A DNA stretch of 64,000 bases, from the NCBI GenBank assembly GCA_001774495.1, contig MFAE01000006.1, positions 5,356-69,355 on the forward strand, read 5' to 3'. The notes below the pieces were generated by a model. That model did no database searches and had not been told where the DNA came from. It was given only the letters and a program-made list of their open reading frames with translations. A program made the translations under genes and the position numbers. This stretch comes from Candidatus Campbellbacteria bacterium RIFOXYC2_FULL_35_25 (GTDB lineage Bacteria; Patescibacteriota; Minisyncoccia; Phycocordibacterales; UBA12079). Of this stretch, positions 49,020 to 59,400 are shown piece by piece (position 1 is the first letter of the stretch; each line of letters starts with the position of its first letter).

Positions 49020-50450
49020 TTACTTTCTCATAAACAAAGCTTCTGGTATTTTATTTTCTCTTATCGCCTCCTGAATTTTTTCTGCGGTTTGAGGCATAAA
49101 AGGAATCAGTAAAGCTGATATCTCCCATAAACCTTTCAGTAAATACTCGACATCTTTTTTTGCCTTTTCTTCGTCTATTTTAATTGTTTTAAAAGGCTGA
49201 GTATCTTGAACAAATGAATCTAACGCACCAATTTTCTTCCAAATAAAATCCGTTGCGTTGTCTAACCTATACCCATCGATGCTATCCCTGTATTCTTTAT
49301 TGTTCTCGTTATTTAAGACGGTGTCATTATCTAGCAAACTGGTAGTCACGCCATAAGAAACACTCATTTTTAGAACACGGCTAACTAAATTACCTAAACC
49401 ATTGGCTAAATTTGCGTTGTAACTTTCTAAAAATCTTTCTTGCGTATAATCCCCATCTTCAACTGATGAAACTTCTCTCGTAAGATAATATCGAAGGGCG
49501 TCTGTTCCATATTCATTAACGATATCAAGAGGGTTAGATACATTGCCGATACTTTTACTCATTTTTTGTCCATTAGAAGTAATATGACCATGAATAACTA
49601 TTTGTTTCGAAGGAGGTAAATTTGCAGACATTAACATTGCCTGCCACATCGCGGACTGGGCTCTTAGATTATCTTTTCCAGCAAATTGCAATGCCGGCCA
49701 CCAACTTCTAAAAGTATCCATATCATTAGGCCAACCAACAACTGAGACATAATTTGTCAAAGCATCAAACCAAACATACATTACATGGTTCTCATCTCCT
49801 GGGACAGGAACGCCCCACGGCATTTTTTCTTTTAATCTAGAAATGGAGAAGTCATTCAGGCCCCTCTCAACAAAAGCTTTTATCTCATTAAATCTTGATT
49901 CCGGGACAACAAAACTTGAGTTTGATTTATACAATTCCAAAAGTTTATCTTTATAATTAGACCATCGAAAAAAATAATTTTCTTCCTCTATCACTTCTAT
50001 CTCCTGTCCAAGGTGGTCAGGACATTCACCTTTTATTAATTCTGAATCGGTTTTTTCCAACTCACAACCAACACAATATTTTGACTTATAATTCTTTTTA
50101 TAAATATCACCATTCGCCTCACAAACTTTCCAAAACTCTTGTGCAGCTTTCATGTGGTCCTCGTCTGTAGTTCTAACAAAATTAGTATAACTTATATTCA
50201 ATTCTTTTATTTGTTCTTTAAATGACTCTACATGACCGTTGGTATATTCTTTGGTATCTTTCCCTTCCTCTAAAGATTTTTTATATACCTTCATCCCATG
50301 TTCATCTGAACCGGTGTTAAAAAATACCTCGTGACCTTGAAGCCTTTTATACCGAGCGAGGGAATCAGCCCTAACATATTCAAGGGCATGCCCAATGTGA
50401 AGAGGAGCATTGGTATATGGCAAGGTTGTCGTGATATAAAACTTTTTCAT
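49020..50450 (-). CDS. metG: Methionine--tRNA ligase (short form)
   Basis: HIGH, TGSDEHG, YVWFDALTNY, KMSKS. Confidence 0.97.
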   Translation of the reverse strand: MKKFYITTTLPYTNAPLHIGHALEYVRADSLARYKRLQGHEVFFNTGSDEHGMKVYKKSLEEGKDTKEYTNGHVESFKEQIKELNISYTNFVRTTDEDHMKAAQEFWKVCEANGDIYKKNYKSKYCVGCELEKTDSELIKGECPDHLGQEIEVIEEENYFFRWSNYKDKLLELYKSNSSFVVPESRFNEIKAFVERGLNDFSISRLKEKMPWGVPVPGDENHVMYVWFDALTNYVSVVGWPNDMDTFRSWWPALQFAGKDNLRAQSAMWQAMLMSANLPPSKQIVIHGHITSNGQKMSKSIGNVSNPLDIVNEYGTDALRYYLTREVSSVEDGDYTQERFLESYNANLANGLGNLVSRVLKMSVSYGVTTSLLDNDTVLNNENNKEYRDSIDGYRLDNATDFIWKKIGALDSFVQDTQPFKTIKIDEEKAKKDVEYLLKGLWEISALLIPFMPQTAEKIQEAIRENKIPEALFMRK

Positions 50451-51505
50451 TAGACTTTTTCTTCTAGAAATTTTTTCTTATCTTTTTCGACGTCACTAAT
50501 AAATTCCATAAGAGCCGCCGCTAAAGGAACTGACAAAATTATTCCTAAAAATCCAGCCAGCTTAGCTCCAATAATAAGAGCTAAAATGACCAAAAGAGGA
50601 GGGACGCCAACAACCTTCTTTACAACAAGTGGATAAATCAAATGATTTTCAAACTGTTGAATAATTATGTAAAAACCAGCAATAATCAAACCTTGAGTAG
50701 TTCCTCCGTCTGTGACTGCAATTAAAATAGCTGGGATAGCCGCAATAATAGGACCAAATAAAGGGATTAATTCCAAAACCGCAGCCAATACCGCTAACAA
50801 AAAAGCATATTTAACCCCAAAAATAGTTAGCCCCAAAAAAACAAGGACCCCGATAATAACCGCGAGAAGGAGTTGCCCCTGCATCCAAAGACCTATCTTA
50901 TTTTGAGACCTTTTCCAGAGATCAGCTATATATTTTTCGTGTTTTACTGGTGTGATTATTTCTAAAAACATAGCAATACCATCTTTCTGAACAGCCAAAT
51001 AAAAAGAGAGGACGATGATTAATATAAAGTTAAACACACCTCCAAAAATCCTACTTACTACTTGGAATAAACCACCAGTAGCATTACTTATATTATTTCT
51101 GAGTTCCAAAATAATATCACTAACAGAAAATCCCTTTGACAGTTCATTGACGCCAGATACCCCGTCAACAGGATTCCATAAATTTAAAGAGTTAAGGTAT
51201 TGAGGAAATGTCGAAGAAAGGTTTGAAGCTTCGTCTAAAAGTGGTGGCAAGAGAAGTAAAAGAGAACCAACAACTACAATAATAAGAGCGGCATATATAA
51301 AGATAACAGAAATTAACCTCGGTATTTTACGGTTAGTAAACCACTTGGTTAATGGCTCAATCGCAGAAGCAATAACAACCGCTGTCAGAATAACGAGAAT
51401 CAAATCTCGCAAAATATACAAAGAAACAAAAAGTAACAAAAAAAGTATTATCTTTATAATTGTCCCTGATGTTATGTTTATAGATATATTTTTATCATTT
51501 AACAT
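50450..51505 (-). CDS. AI-2E family transporter
   Basis: W..GQ, ELIPLFGPII, IQQFENHLIYP, GFLGIILSVP. Confidence 0.9.
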   Translation of the reverse strand: MLNDKNISINITSGTIIKIILFLLLFVSLYILRDLILVILTAVVIASAIEPLTKWFTNRKIPRLISVIFIYAALIIVVVGSLLLLLPPLLDEASNLSSTFPQYLNSLNLWNPVDGVSGVNELSKGFSVSDIILELRNNISNATGGLFQVVSRIFGGVFNFILIIVLSFYLAVQKDGIAMFLEIITPVKHEKYIADLWKRSQNKIGLWMQGQLLLAVIIGVLVFLGLTIFGVKYAFLLAVLAAVLELIPLFGPIIAAIPAILIAVTDGGTTQGLIIAGFYIIIQQFENHLIYPLVVKKVVGVPPLLVILALIIGAKLAGFLGIILSVPLAAALMEFISDVEKDKKKFLEEKV

Positions 51506-51549
51506 AATAACAGTATAAATGAGCGAGTATTAAGTAGCAAGGCACAAAA

Positions 51550-52950
51550 TTAATTTAATTTTTCCTTCAGATAATCTACTAAATTATCAATGTTTATTCT
51601 CTCTTGTTGCATTGTATCTCTGTCACGAACAGTTACTGCCTTATCCTCAAGAGAGTCAAAGTCAAAGGTGACACAATAAGGTGTCCCTATTTCGTCCTGG
51701 CGACGGTACCTCTTCCCTATTGATTGAGTGTCGTCATACTGAGAAACAAAATGTTCATTTAACTTTCCAAAAAGTTCTAATGTTGGTTTTGAAAGTTCTT
51801 CTTTTTTAGAAAGAGGTAACACGGCAACTTTTACTGGAGCAATTTTTTTAGGAAATCTAAGAACAACCCTTTCATCATCCTCACCAATTTTCTCTTCTTC
51901 ATAAGCCGCTACCAAAGCTAAAAGCAAACTCCTTTCTACCCCAAAAGTTGGCTCTAAAATATGAGGTGTAAATCTCTCATTTTTATCTTGATCAAAATAC
52001 TCCAACTTTTCGTTTGAAAATTCACTGTGTTTAGTTAAATCGAAATCTCCCCTGTGAGCTAAGCCATATAATTCCTTAAAACCAAAAGGAAATTTATACT
52101 CAATATCGACTGTCTTTTTTGAGTAATGGGAAAGCTTTTCTTTCGGATGTTCCAGTCTTCTTAAATCTTCTTTTTTTGCTCCTAATTCCATTGCAAATTC
52201 TTCTTGTTTTACAATCCAATCATCAAACAGGATTCCCCAATCAGCCTCTGGATGAATTAAATATTCAATTTCCATCTGTTCAAATTCTCTTAATCTAAAT
52301 ATAAAATTACCGGCAACAATTTCGTTTCGAAAAGCTTTGCCAATTTGAGCAATCCCAAAAGGAATTTTTATTCTTGTAGAGTCGACAATATTCTTAAACT
52401 CAACAAAAATAGCCCCAGCTGTTTCTGGTCTTAAATAAATATCGCCTTCTATCCCATTCATCTGAGTCTTAAACATCATATTGAAGTCCTTTACTTCAGT
52501 CCAATTACTTTTTTTACAATTAGGACATTTAATTTTTTCATCCTGAATAACCTTTGTCATTTCTTCGTTTTTCCCTTCTAAGTCCTTTCCTGTGGCATCT
52601 TCAACTAAATGGTCTGCCCTAAATCTTTTTTTACATTCTTTGCAATCCACCATAGCATCCCCAAAACCTTCCGTATGACCAGAGGCTTCCCACAACTTAG
52701 GGTGAAGTAATATAGGACCATCCACTCCGACAACATCAGGTCTGGTCGAAACAAATTTTTTCCACCAAAGTTGTTTAATATTATTTTTCAACTCCACGCC
52801 CAAAGGACCGTAAGAGTATGTCCCCGACAAGCCGCCGTAAATTTCAGACCCAGGGTAAACAAACCCCCTTCTTTTAGCCAAAGAAACTATTTTTTCCATC
52901 TTATCTAAAACGGGCTCCTCTTTTTTAGGTTTTTCTTCGTTAGTTTTCAT
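51550..52950 (-). CDS. glyQS: Glycine--tRNA ligase (alpha2 type)
   Basis: AKRRGF..SEIYGG, YLRPETA, GKAFRNE, FRLREFEQME, SIGKRYRRQDEIGTP. Confidence 0.97.
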   Translation of the reverse strand: MKTNEEKPKKEEPVLDKMEKIVSLAKRRGFVYPGSEIYGGLSGTYSYGPLGVELKNNIKQLWWKKFVSTRPDVVGVDGPILLHPKLWEASGHTEGFGDAMVDCKECKKRFRADHLVEDATGKDLEGKNEEMTKVIQDEKIKCPNCKKSNWTEVKDFNMMFKTQMNGIEGDIYLRPETAGAIFVEFKNIVDSTRIKIPFGIAQIGKAFRNEIVAGNFIFRLREFEQMEIEYLIHPEADWGILFDDWIVKQEEFAMELGAKKEDLRRLEHPKEKLSHYSKKTVDIEYKFPFGFKELYGLAHRGDFDLTKHSEFSNEKLEYFDQDKNERFTPHILEPTFGVERSLLLALVAAYEEEKIGEDDERVVLRFPKKIAPVKVAVLPLSKKEELSKPTLELFGKLNEHFVSQYDDTQSIGKRYRRQDEIGTPYCVTFDFDSLEDKAVTVRDRDTMQQERINIDNLVDYLKEKLN

Positions 52951-52977
52951 TTTTAAAAAATTTATAAAGTAGATAAA

Positions 52978-54900
52978 TTACCTAACAAATTCATGCCCAT
53001 AACCTGCTCCGGGGTCTGTACTTAATCGAGTAGAAGCACCGGCTTTTGTATTACTCAAAGAATCACCAGTAAATTTGTCAGTACCAGTAATAGTAACATC
53101 CCCAGTTAGGAGGGGTACTAGAGTAAGGTGCGTCAAACTTGGCAAAAAAGCAATCTGGAAAGATATTTCTTTCCTATTATTAACAATACCAACGCCTGGT
53201 TTTATGTCTCCAACATCCCAAATAACTTCACCGCCAACAGGATTGTATGTTATTTTTTCTGAATTAGGAGAAACAACTCCCATCCAACGAACATAAGTGG
53301 GAAGTGAAGAAACAACTCTAACACCACCAGCCTCATTCGTTGTATTGGTGACAGCCCAAGTCACTGTATAGGTTGTTTCTGTCTCAACTTCCGGAGGAAT
53401 TGGACCACTGTTAACAAAGGGGCCAGAATAATATGTGGCATTGGGGGTTACCCTTAGGTCAGTAGAAAATCTAAGGATCTTAGAAACGGAAGAATTTATC
53501 TCTTCCTGCGTCCCCACTTCCGAAATACGGTTTCCTTTTGCGCTAATGGTTAAACGAGCTTCTGGATTCACTAAGTTACCTCTCTCGGAAACATCTAGGG
53601 GTTTAAAAGAAAAACTAAAACGACCGTTCGCTCCGGGGAGGATTTCTGACAATTCACCGTTGGTACTTTTGTTCCAAATAATAGTATTATCGACGGAACG
53701 ATAATATCCCTTGCCGGGAGAAACAGTATTTTTGTCTAAAATCCCCCCTTCCAATTTTATGTTAATTTCACCACCAATAATACTAGTGGAGGAATTATTA
53801 GCCCAGATTACGTCTACTCTTACCGTACCGTTACCGCTCAATGAATATTCTTGGGAGAGAGCCCCATTTACAGCAATATCAACACCAATAAATGGTTTTT
53901 CTATAGAAATAGTTTTAATCAAAGAAGCAAACAAAGCACCGATTTCTTTCTCATCTTTTCGGTCTTGGTTCCCTGCACTAAACCGAAAAACCCTTTCTTC
54001 TTCATTCTGCCCCGAAACAATACCTTTTATTTTAACAACACTCTTATCAGCAGAACCCCCTTCCATTTTCCATATATTATCCCCGTAAGTCGGTTTTGGC
54101 TCCGAAGAGATAAACTTGAAACCAAAAGGATATTCTACCACTAATAAAAGACTTTCTACTGATCTCTCAGAATCGGAAACCACACTAACAGAAAAATCCA
54201 TTTCCTGCCCAGAAATAACCCTCTCCATGGGACTAATGATTAAGTCAATTGGTGAAGAACTTATGTTTATACTATACTTCCTTTCTTTAAAGAAAATAGC
54301 GTTGGAATCTGCAATACGATATTCTAGACTTATAAGGATGTCTTTGTCGCTATTTCTCTCCCCATACAAAACAGACCTAACTTCCTTTCTGATACTTCTC
54401 CCAGAAGGAACCACCCCTAAGGAAACCCTCTCACTTCTCAAGGCTTTCCCAGGCTCGCTAGCGGAATAGGTTCCTTCTGGGTATTTAATCACCAAATCTG
54501 CGACTTCTAAATTTATTGGGTTGTTGTTGGTAACCGTAATTTTCAGAGAAAATTCACCCCCACTTTCCATAGAAGATGGACCAATAACAGATATATCAAC
54601 ATTCTCCGTAGAAACCTTATTATTTCCCAGCCAAACCATCAAAAAAACAAACCCGACAGACAGCATCAAAAAAATAACAGCTATGAATAATATCTTTTCT
54701 GAAAAATTTTTAGTTTTAGGTTTTCTTCTTTCAAAAAAACCGTCTTCCTCTTCCTCTTGTCGAGAATCATTCCAGCCAGATTTTATGTCATATTTTCTGC
54801 GAGAAAAAGATGCTCTGTCTTTAGAAAAACGGGTATTCCGGGAATAGAGCCCCGCTTTAACCCCCTCAATCCTATCACTTTTTTTACTATCATCAGTCAT
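52978..54900 (-). CDS. Membrane-anchored protein with repeated Ig-like/DUF11-type beta domains
   Basis: Single TM after a charged N-terminus; beta-rich repeats; GPIPPEV..TTYTVTW. Confidence 0.7.
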   Translation of the reverse strand: MTDDSKKSDRIEGVKAGLYSRNTRFSKDRASFSRRKYDIKSGWNDSRQEEEEDGFFERRKPKTKNFSEKILFIAVIFLMLSVGFVFLMVWLGNNKVSTENVDISVIGPSSMESGGEFSLKITVTNNNPINLEVADLVIKYPEGTYSASEPGKALRSERVSLGVVPSGRSIRKEVRSVLYGERNSDKDILISLEYRIADSNAIFFKERKYSINISSSPIDLIISPMERVISGQEMDFSVSVVSDSERSVESLLLVVEYPFGFKFISSEPKPTYGDNIWKMEGGSADKSVVKIKGIVSGQNEEERVFRFSAGNQDRKDEKEIGALFASLIKTISIEKPFIGVDIAVNGALSQEYSLSGNGTVRVDVIWANNSSTSIIGGEINIKLEGGILDKNTVSPGKGYYRSVDNTIIWNKSTNGELSEILPGANGRFSFSFKPLDVSERGNLVNPEARLTISAKGNRISEVGTQEEINSSVSKILRFSTDLRVTPNATYYSGPFVNSGPIPPEVETETTYTVTWAVTNTTNEAGGVRVVSSLPTYVRWMGVVSPNSEKITYNPVGGEVIWDVGDIKPGVGIVNNRKEISFQIAFLPSLTHLTLVPLLTGDVTITGTDKFTGDSLSNTKAGASTRLSTDPGAGYGHEFVR

Positions 54901-54956
54901 ACAGTAAAAGTATAACAATAAAAAAATAATTTTCCAATCAACCCTATGCCCATAAA

Positions 54957-55568
54957 CTACAAATGCATTTCTTCAAAAATCTCTCCTATCATCTTTTGGG
55001 CTTCTTTTTTTACAGTCTCCATTTTTAAAATTAATTTATTACTTAATTCCCTTGAACTCAAAAAATCAGAAAAAAGTTCTTTACTCACATTTTTGTCAAA
55101 GTATCCTAAATTATTTAATATTTTAATATTCGTTATTAACCCTAGGTTCTCTAATTCTTTTTTACTCAAATCTCGTTCTTTCAAAAAATTTACGGTATCT
55201 GAAACAATATCAAAAAGTTCCTCATTTTTTTCTTCACCGTGGATAAGCTTTCTGAGCAAAGAAAATATACTCAAAATAAAATCAAATCTTTTATTTTCCC
55301 TTATCCCTTGCCCAGAGAATATAAAAAACAAATTTTCTATTGGGGAGACATTTGTTATTCTCCAAATGTCTTTTCCTCTGACCAAAGAAATATCAGAAAT
55401 AGAAAAATCCTGTAAACCATAGCGATTTTTCGAACTTATTTTTCGAACACCCTGGGCCGTTGCGTTAATAAGACCGAGCTCTCTTGTGAAAAGATAGAAA
55501 AACTTATTCGATTCGCCAGTGTCAAAACTATTTAAAACAATACCTTGGGTGGTGTAGATGTTATGCAT
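54957..55568 (-). CDS. recO: DNA repair protein RecO
   Basis: YTTQGIVL..GESNK..LFTRELGLI.A.AQGVRK..SK OB-fold; LNNLGY. Confidence 0.85.
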   Translation of the reverse strand: MHNIYTTQGIVLNSFDTGESNKFFYLFTRELGLINATAQGVRKISSKNRYGLQDFSISDISLVRGKDIWRITNVSPIENLFFIFSGQGIRENKRFDFILSIFSLLRKLIHGEEKNEELFDIVSDTVNFLKERDLSKKELENLGLITNIKILNNLGYFDKNVSKELFSDFLSSRELSNKLILKMETVKKEAQKMIGEIFEEMHL

Positions 55569-55581
55569 AATATCCAAGTAT

Positions 55582-55713
55582 AAACCCCCACACCTTTCAT
55601 TGCAAAAACATGCATATGTTTTATTTTAGACATTTTTATAATGAAAGATATGGGCTGATAAACCCCCGCTCACTTTGTGAGCTCACACCTTTGAATAAAG
55701 GTGTGGGGGTAAA
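55582..55713. repeat. Composite CCCCCACACCTTT inverted-repeat element (two units, one with a nested hairpin)
   Basis: AAACCCCCACACCTTTCAT..ATGAAAGATATGGG, then AAACCCCC[GCTCACTTTGTGAGCT]CACACCTTT-GAAT-AAAGGTGTGGGGGTAAA. Confidence 0.8.
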
Positions 55714-55743
55714 GTAGCGAGTATCAAGTAACAAGATAAAATT

Positions 55744-56079
55744 TTATTTAACAAATAATGATTTTATTTTTAAAATAATACAAGACAACAAATACCAAAA
55801 AAGTATAAAAATAAATAAAGATATTATTATCATTAAAATAATAAAAATTGGTTCTGGTAAAAAATCGATTTCTTCAAAGAATTCTGATGCAACCATTACA
55901 ATGGTAAACGGCTCTATACTAGGAGATAAAATTTTTTGTATAGAATTGGACGGAATACATCCTTCCGTACATAATACTGCATTTGCAGAATAAAAAGCTG
56001 CTCCTATATTTATTACTGCGATAATAACGGCTAATATTATTTTTGCTTTAGTTGGTTTAAAAAAATTTTTCCAATTCAT
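55744..56079 (-). CDS. Small membrane protein
   Basis: Two TM segments; FFKPTKAKI N-terminus, CTEGC loop, WYLLSCII. Confidence 0.7.
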   Translation of the reverse strand: MNWKNFFKPTKAKIILAVIIAVINIGAAFYSANAVLCTEGCIPSNSIQKILSPSIEPFTIVMVASEFFEEIDFLPEPIFIILMIIISLFIFILFWYLLSCIILKIKSLFVK

Positions 56080-56185
56080 AATTTAATCATATCATCAAAA
56101 ATAAGTCTTGCAAAAAAAATACCCTACTGCTATTCTAATCTTAGAAAGGTAACTTTTTCAATTCTCCACAAAAAGGAGGCTCAAA

Positions 56186-56371
56186 ATGGGCAAAAAATTT
56201 TGGATACTAACGTCTTTGGGCGGATTGTTGGGATTGGGACTTCTTTGCTTGGGCTTTGAAGTAACATCGAAGATTTTACTTTACATTGGAGGTCTCATTT
56301 TTTGCGGGTCATTCTTGCTCTTGGTACTGAGCCCCATTATTATAGAGTGCAGAAAAGGTAATGGGACCTAA
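56186..56371 (+). CDS. Orphan 61-aa two-TM protein
   Basis: TTGCAA-17-TATTCT promoter, AAGGAGG SD, terminator immediately after. Confidence 0.65.
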   Translation: MGKKFWILTSLGGLLGLGLLCLGFEVTSKILLYIGGLIFCGSFLLLVLSPIIIECRKGNGT

Positions 56372-56377
56372 GCCATA

Positions 56378-56413
56378 AAAATGCCCAGGGAGGTTCTCCT
56401 CCCTGGGCATTTT
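56378..56413. terminator. Bidirectional terminator between the orphan gene and ileS
   Basis: AAAATGCCCAGGGAGG-TTCT-CCTCCCTGGGCATTTT. Confidence 0.85.
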
Positions 56414-56436
56414 CTCTTATTGTCGACGAAGATTCT

Positions 56437-59400
56437 TTATTTATTAAGTTTCAATTTAAAAACTAAATCATCGATTTTTATTATTTCTGCGTCAGTTCTG
56501 CACAACTCCGCGTTTGTTCCGCATTTGATTTCTTCTATTCCAGCTACTTTTTTCAAATCTACTTCAAATTTTTTAATAAGATCTTCCCCCTCTTTGTTTG
56601 TCTCAACTTCTAATTCAACCAAATCACTTGGAACAAGATTTTCTTGCTTCCTTAATTTCTGAATATTTCTTAGCAACTCTCGATAACGTCCTTCTCCTTT
56701 TAATTCCGGGGTGATTGTTGCATCTAATTCTACTTTTTCTTCATCGTGTTCCCCAAAAACGACCATTTTCACATTTACCTCATCTTTAATTACTTCAACC
56801 ATCTGTTCATCCATAACTGTCGCTTGTGGACTGTAGGCAGTAAGACTTTGTAGTGGTTGTCTCACCTTAATTCCAAGTTCTGCCCTTGCCTCCAAAGCCA
56901 AAGAAACGATCTCTTTAACTTTTTTCATGCTTTCCAAAATAGCTTCATCGATGTTTACTTCTTTGGTCCAACTCTCGAGGTGCACACTTTCCAAGCCATC
57001 ATTACCTTTAACTTTCTGATAAATTTCTTCCGCCAAGAACGGCATAAAAGGAGCAATAACTTTTGAAAACTCTCTCAAAACAAATTGTGTTGTTGCCAAA
57101 GCATAATCTCGGTCCTTGTCATTACCCCCCTTAAATCTATCTCGAGACCTTCTAATATACCAGGTCGACAATTCCTCAACAAAATCCATAATTGGTCGAG
57201 AAGCCCTGTCTAATTCATAATTATTTAACCCTATGGAAACTTCTTTAATCAATTGATTTAATTTAGTTAATATCCATTTATCCAAAATGTTTTCACTGTC
57301 TTGCGGGTTAACTTTTGTTTTGGAATCTTCCTTGTACAACTCATAAAAAGAATAAACATTCTTAACTTTCAAAATAATTTTCTTCAAAATCTCATCTACT
57401 CCCTTTTCTGAAAAGTTTAAATCTTCTCCCCGAACAATCGGAGAACTAATCATATAATAACGCATCGCATCAGCTCCATATTTATCAAGGATGTATGAGA
57501 TATCAGGATAATTTTTTAAACTTTTTGACATCTTCTTTCCATCTTCCGCCAACACCATGCCGTTCACAATTACATTCTTATAAGAAGTTTTCCCAAACAT
57601 AGCTGTCGCCAATACTATAGACGTATAAAACCAGCCACGAGTTTGATCGGTTCCTTCGGCGATAAAATCTGCAGGAAAACCAATTCCTTTTTCAGGGTTA
57701 AACTTGTCTAAGTTTTCAAAAGGATAATGATTAGAAGCATAAGGCATCGCCCCCGACTCAAACCAACAATCAAAAACCTCTGCGATTCTTTTCATTTTTC
57801 CACCACACTCGCAATCAAATTCAACCTTATCAATATAAGGCATATGTAAATCTGTTTCATAATTTTTATTATGAGGTAATGGGGCAAAATCCAATTCACG
57901 AATTTCAGCATTTCCAAAAAGATTTTCTTCCTCTTTAAAAGCAACTGTTTTCTCGGCATTTAACCCTTTTGCTACGGAAAGCAAAAACCAAGCAGGATAT
58001 TCGTGAGTAACAATTAAGATATTCTTATCTGAATACTTTTTATCTATGTCGTAAATAAAATCTCCCACTCTATTTTTTGTCTCATTAAGACTTTCTCCGT
58101 TAGAAGTAGCCTGTGTAAATTTCCCCAGTAAAGAGCCGGCAAAACTTCTATACTCATCTACATTTTTACCCTCGAGATCACCTACTTGGGCTTCGATAAT
58201 TCTTTCATCAAAAATAATATCGGTTTTTTTAATTCCGATTCCTTCGGAGATTATTTCAGCGGTTTCTTTTGTTCTAACAAAAGGTGAAGAAATGATTACA
58301 TCTATTTTTTTCTTCTTTAGTTCCTCTAGAGCTTCTTTTACTTGCTCTTTTCCTACTTCTGTTAAATGATGAGGATTCGTTGCTTTTGAACTACAAACAT
58401 TCAAGGTATTATTTTCTGCCTCACCGTGGCGAATCACAAAGTAATTATTTGTTCCTTTTGTCTCTTTTCTTAATTCATCAATCGAACCAATTATTTTTAT
58501 CTTTCCACAACCATTATCTTGAGAATTTGTGTTTTGTGTTTCGTGTTTCGTTTGGTTTTTGTGTTCTACACTTTGTATTTTCCTAGTTTGGCAACGCCAA
58601 ACTGGTAACGGAGCTCCCCAAAAACGAGTTCTGGAAATTGCCCAGTCACGAGCTCCTTCAAGCCACTTACCAAACCTTCCGTCTCGAATATTTTCTGGCA
58701 CCCAATTAACTTCTTGATTAGCTTTAATCATTTCATCCTTAATTCCTGTTACTTTTAGAAACCAAGAAGAGGTCGCGTAGTTAAGAAGTGGGGTGTGACA
58801 TCTCCAGCAATGAGGATAAGAGTGTTCAATTTTTTCTTTTGAAAACAACACGCTACCCCCCTCTCTATTAGCCAAAAGTTTTATCATCTCAATATCAGTT
58901 GCCATGTGGTCATCCTTAGGCTTTACGTACAAACCAGCTAACCCATCCCCCACTTCTGATTTAAATTTTCCATCAATTGAAACATGCTGAACAAAAGGTA
59001 AGCTTTCTTTTTTACCCAACTCCATATCATCAGAACCAAAAGCAGGAGCAATATGAACAATCCCTGTTCCATCTTCGGTAGTTACAAAATCAGCTCCGTA
59101 AATTTTCCAACCATTTTTGTGATTTTCCAAACTTTTGTCTTTTGAATAATAATCAAAAAGTGGTTTGTAAGATTTTCCAATTAATTCTGAACCCTTAGTT
59201 ATCTCATTAACATTTTTTACAAGATGACCTAAAAAATCAAACATGTCTTCGTCTTCTCTTGGAGTTATCGGTGTTTTTTTATTTTCAAAAATTTCTTTAG
59301 CAACCCAATAATATTCTTTTTTAAAATTACTTTCGTAAGTTTCTCCTGGCTCAATTTTTTTTACTTCGTTTGTATTTTCAATTTTTAAATAATCAATATT

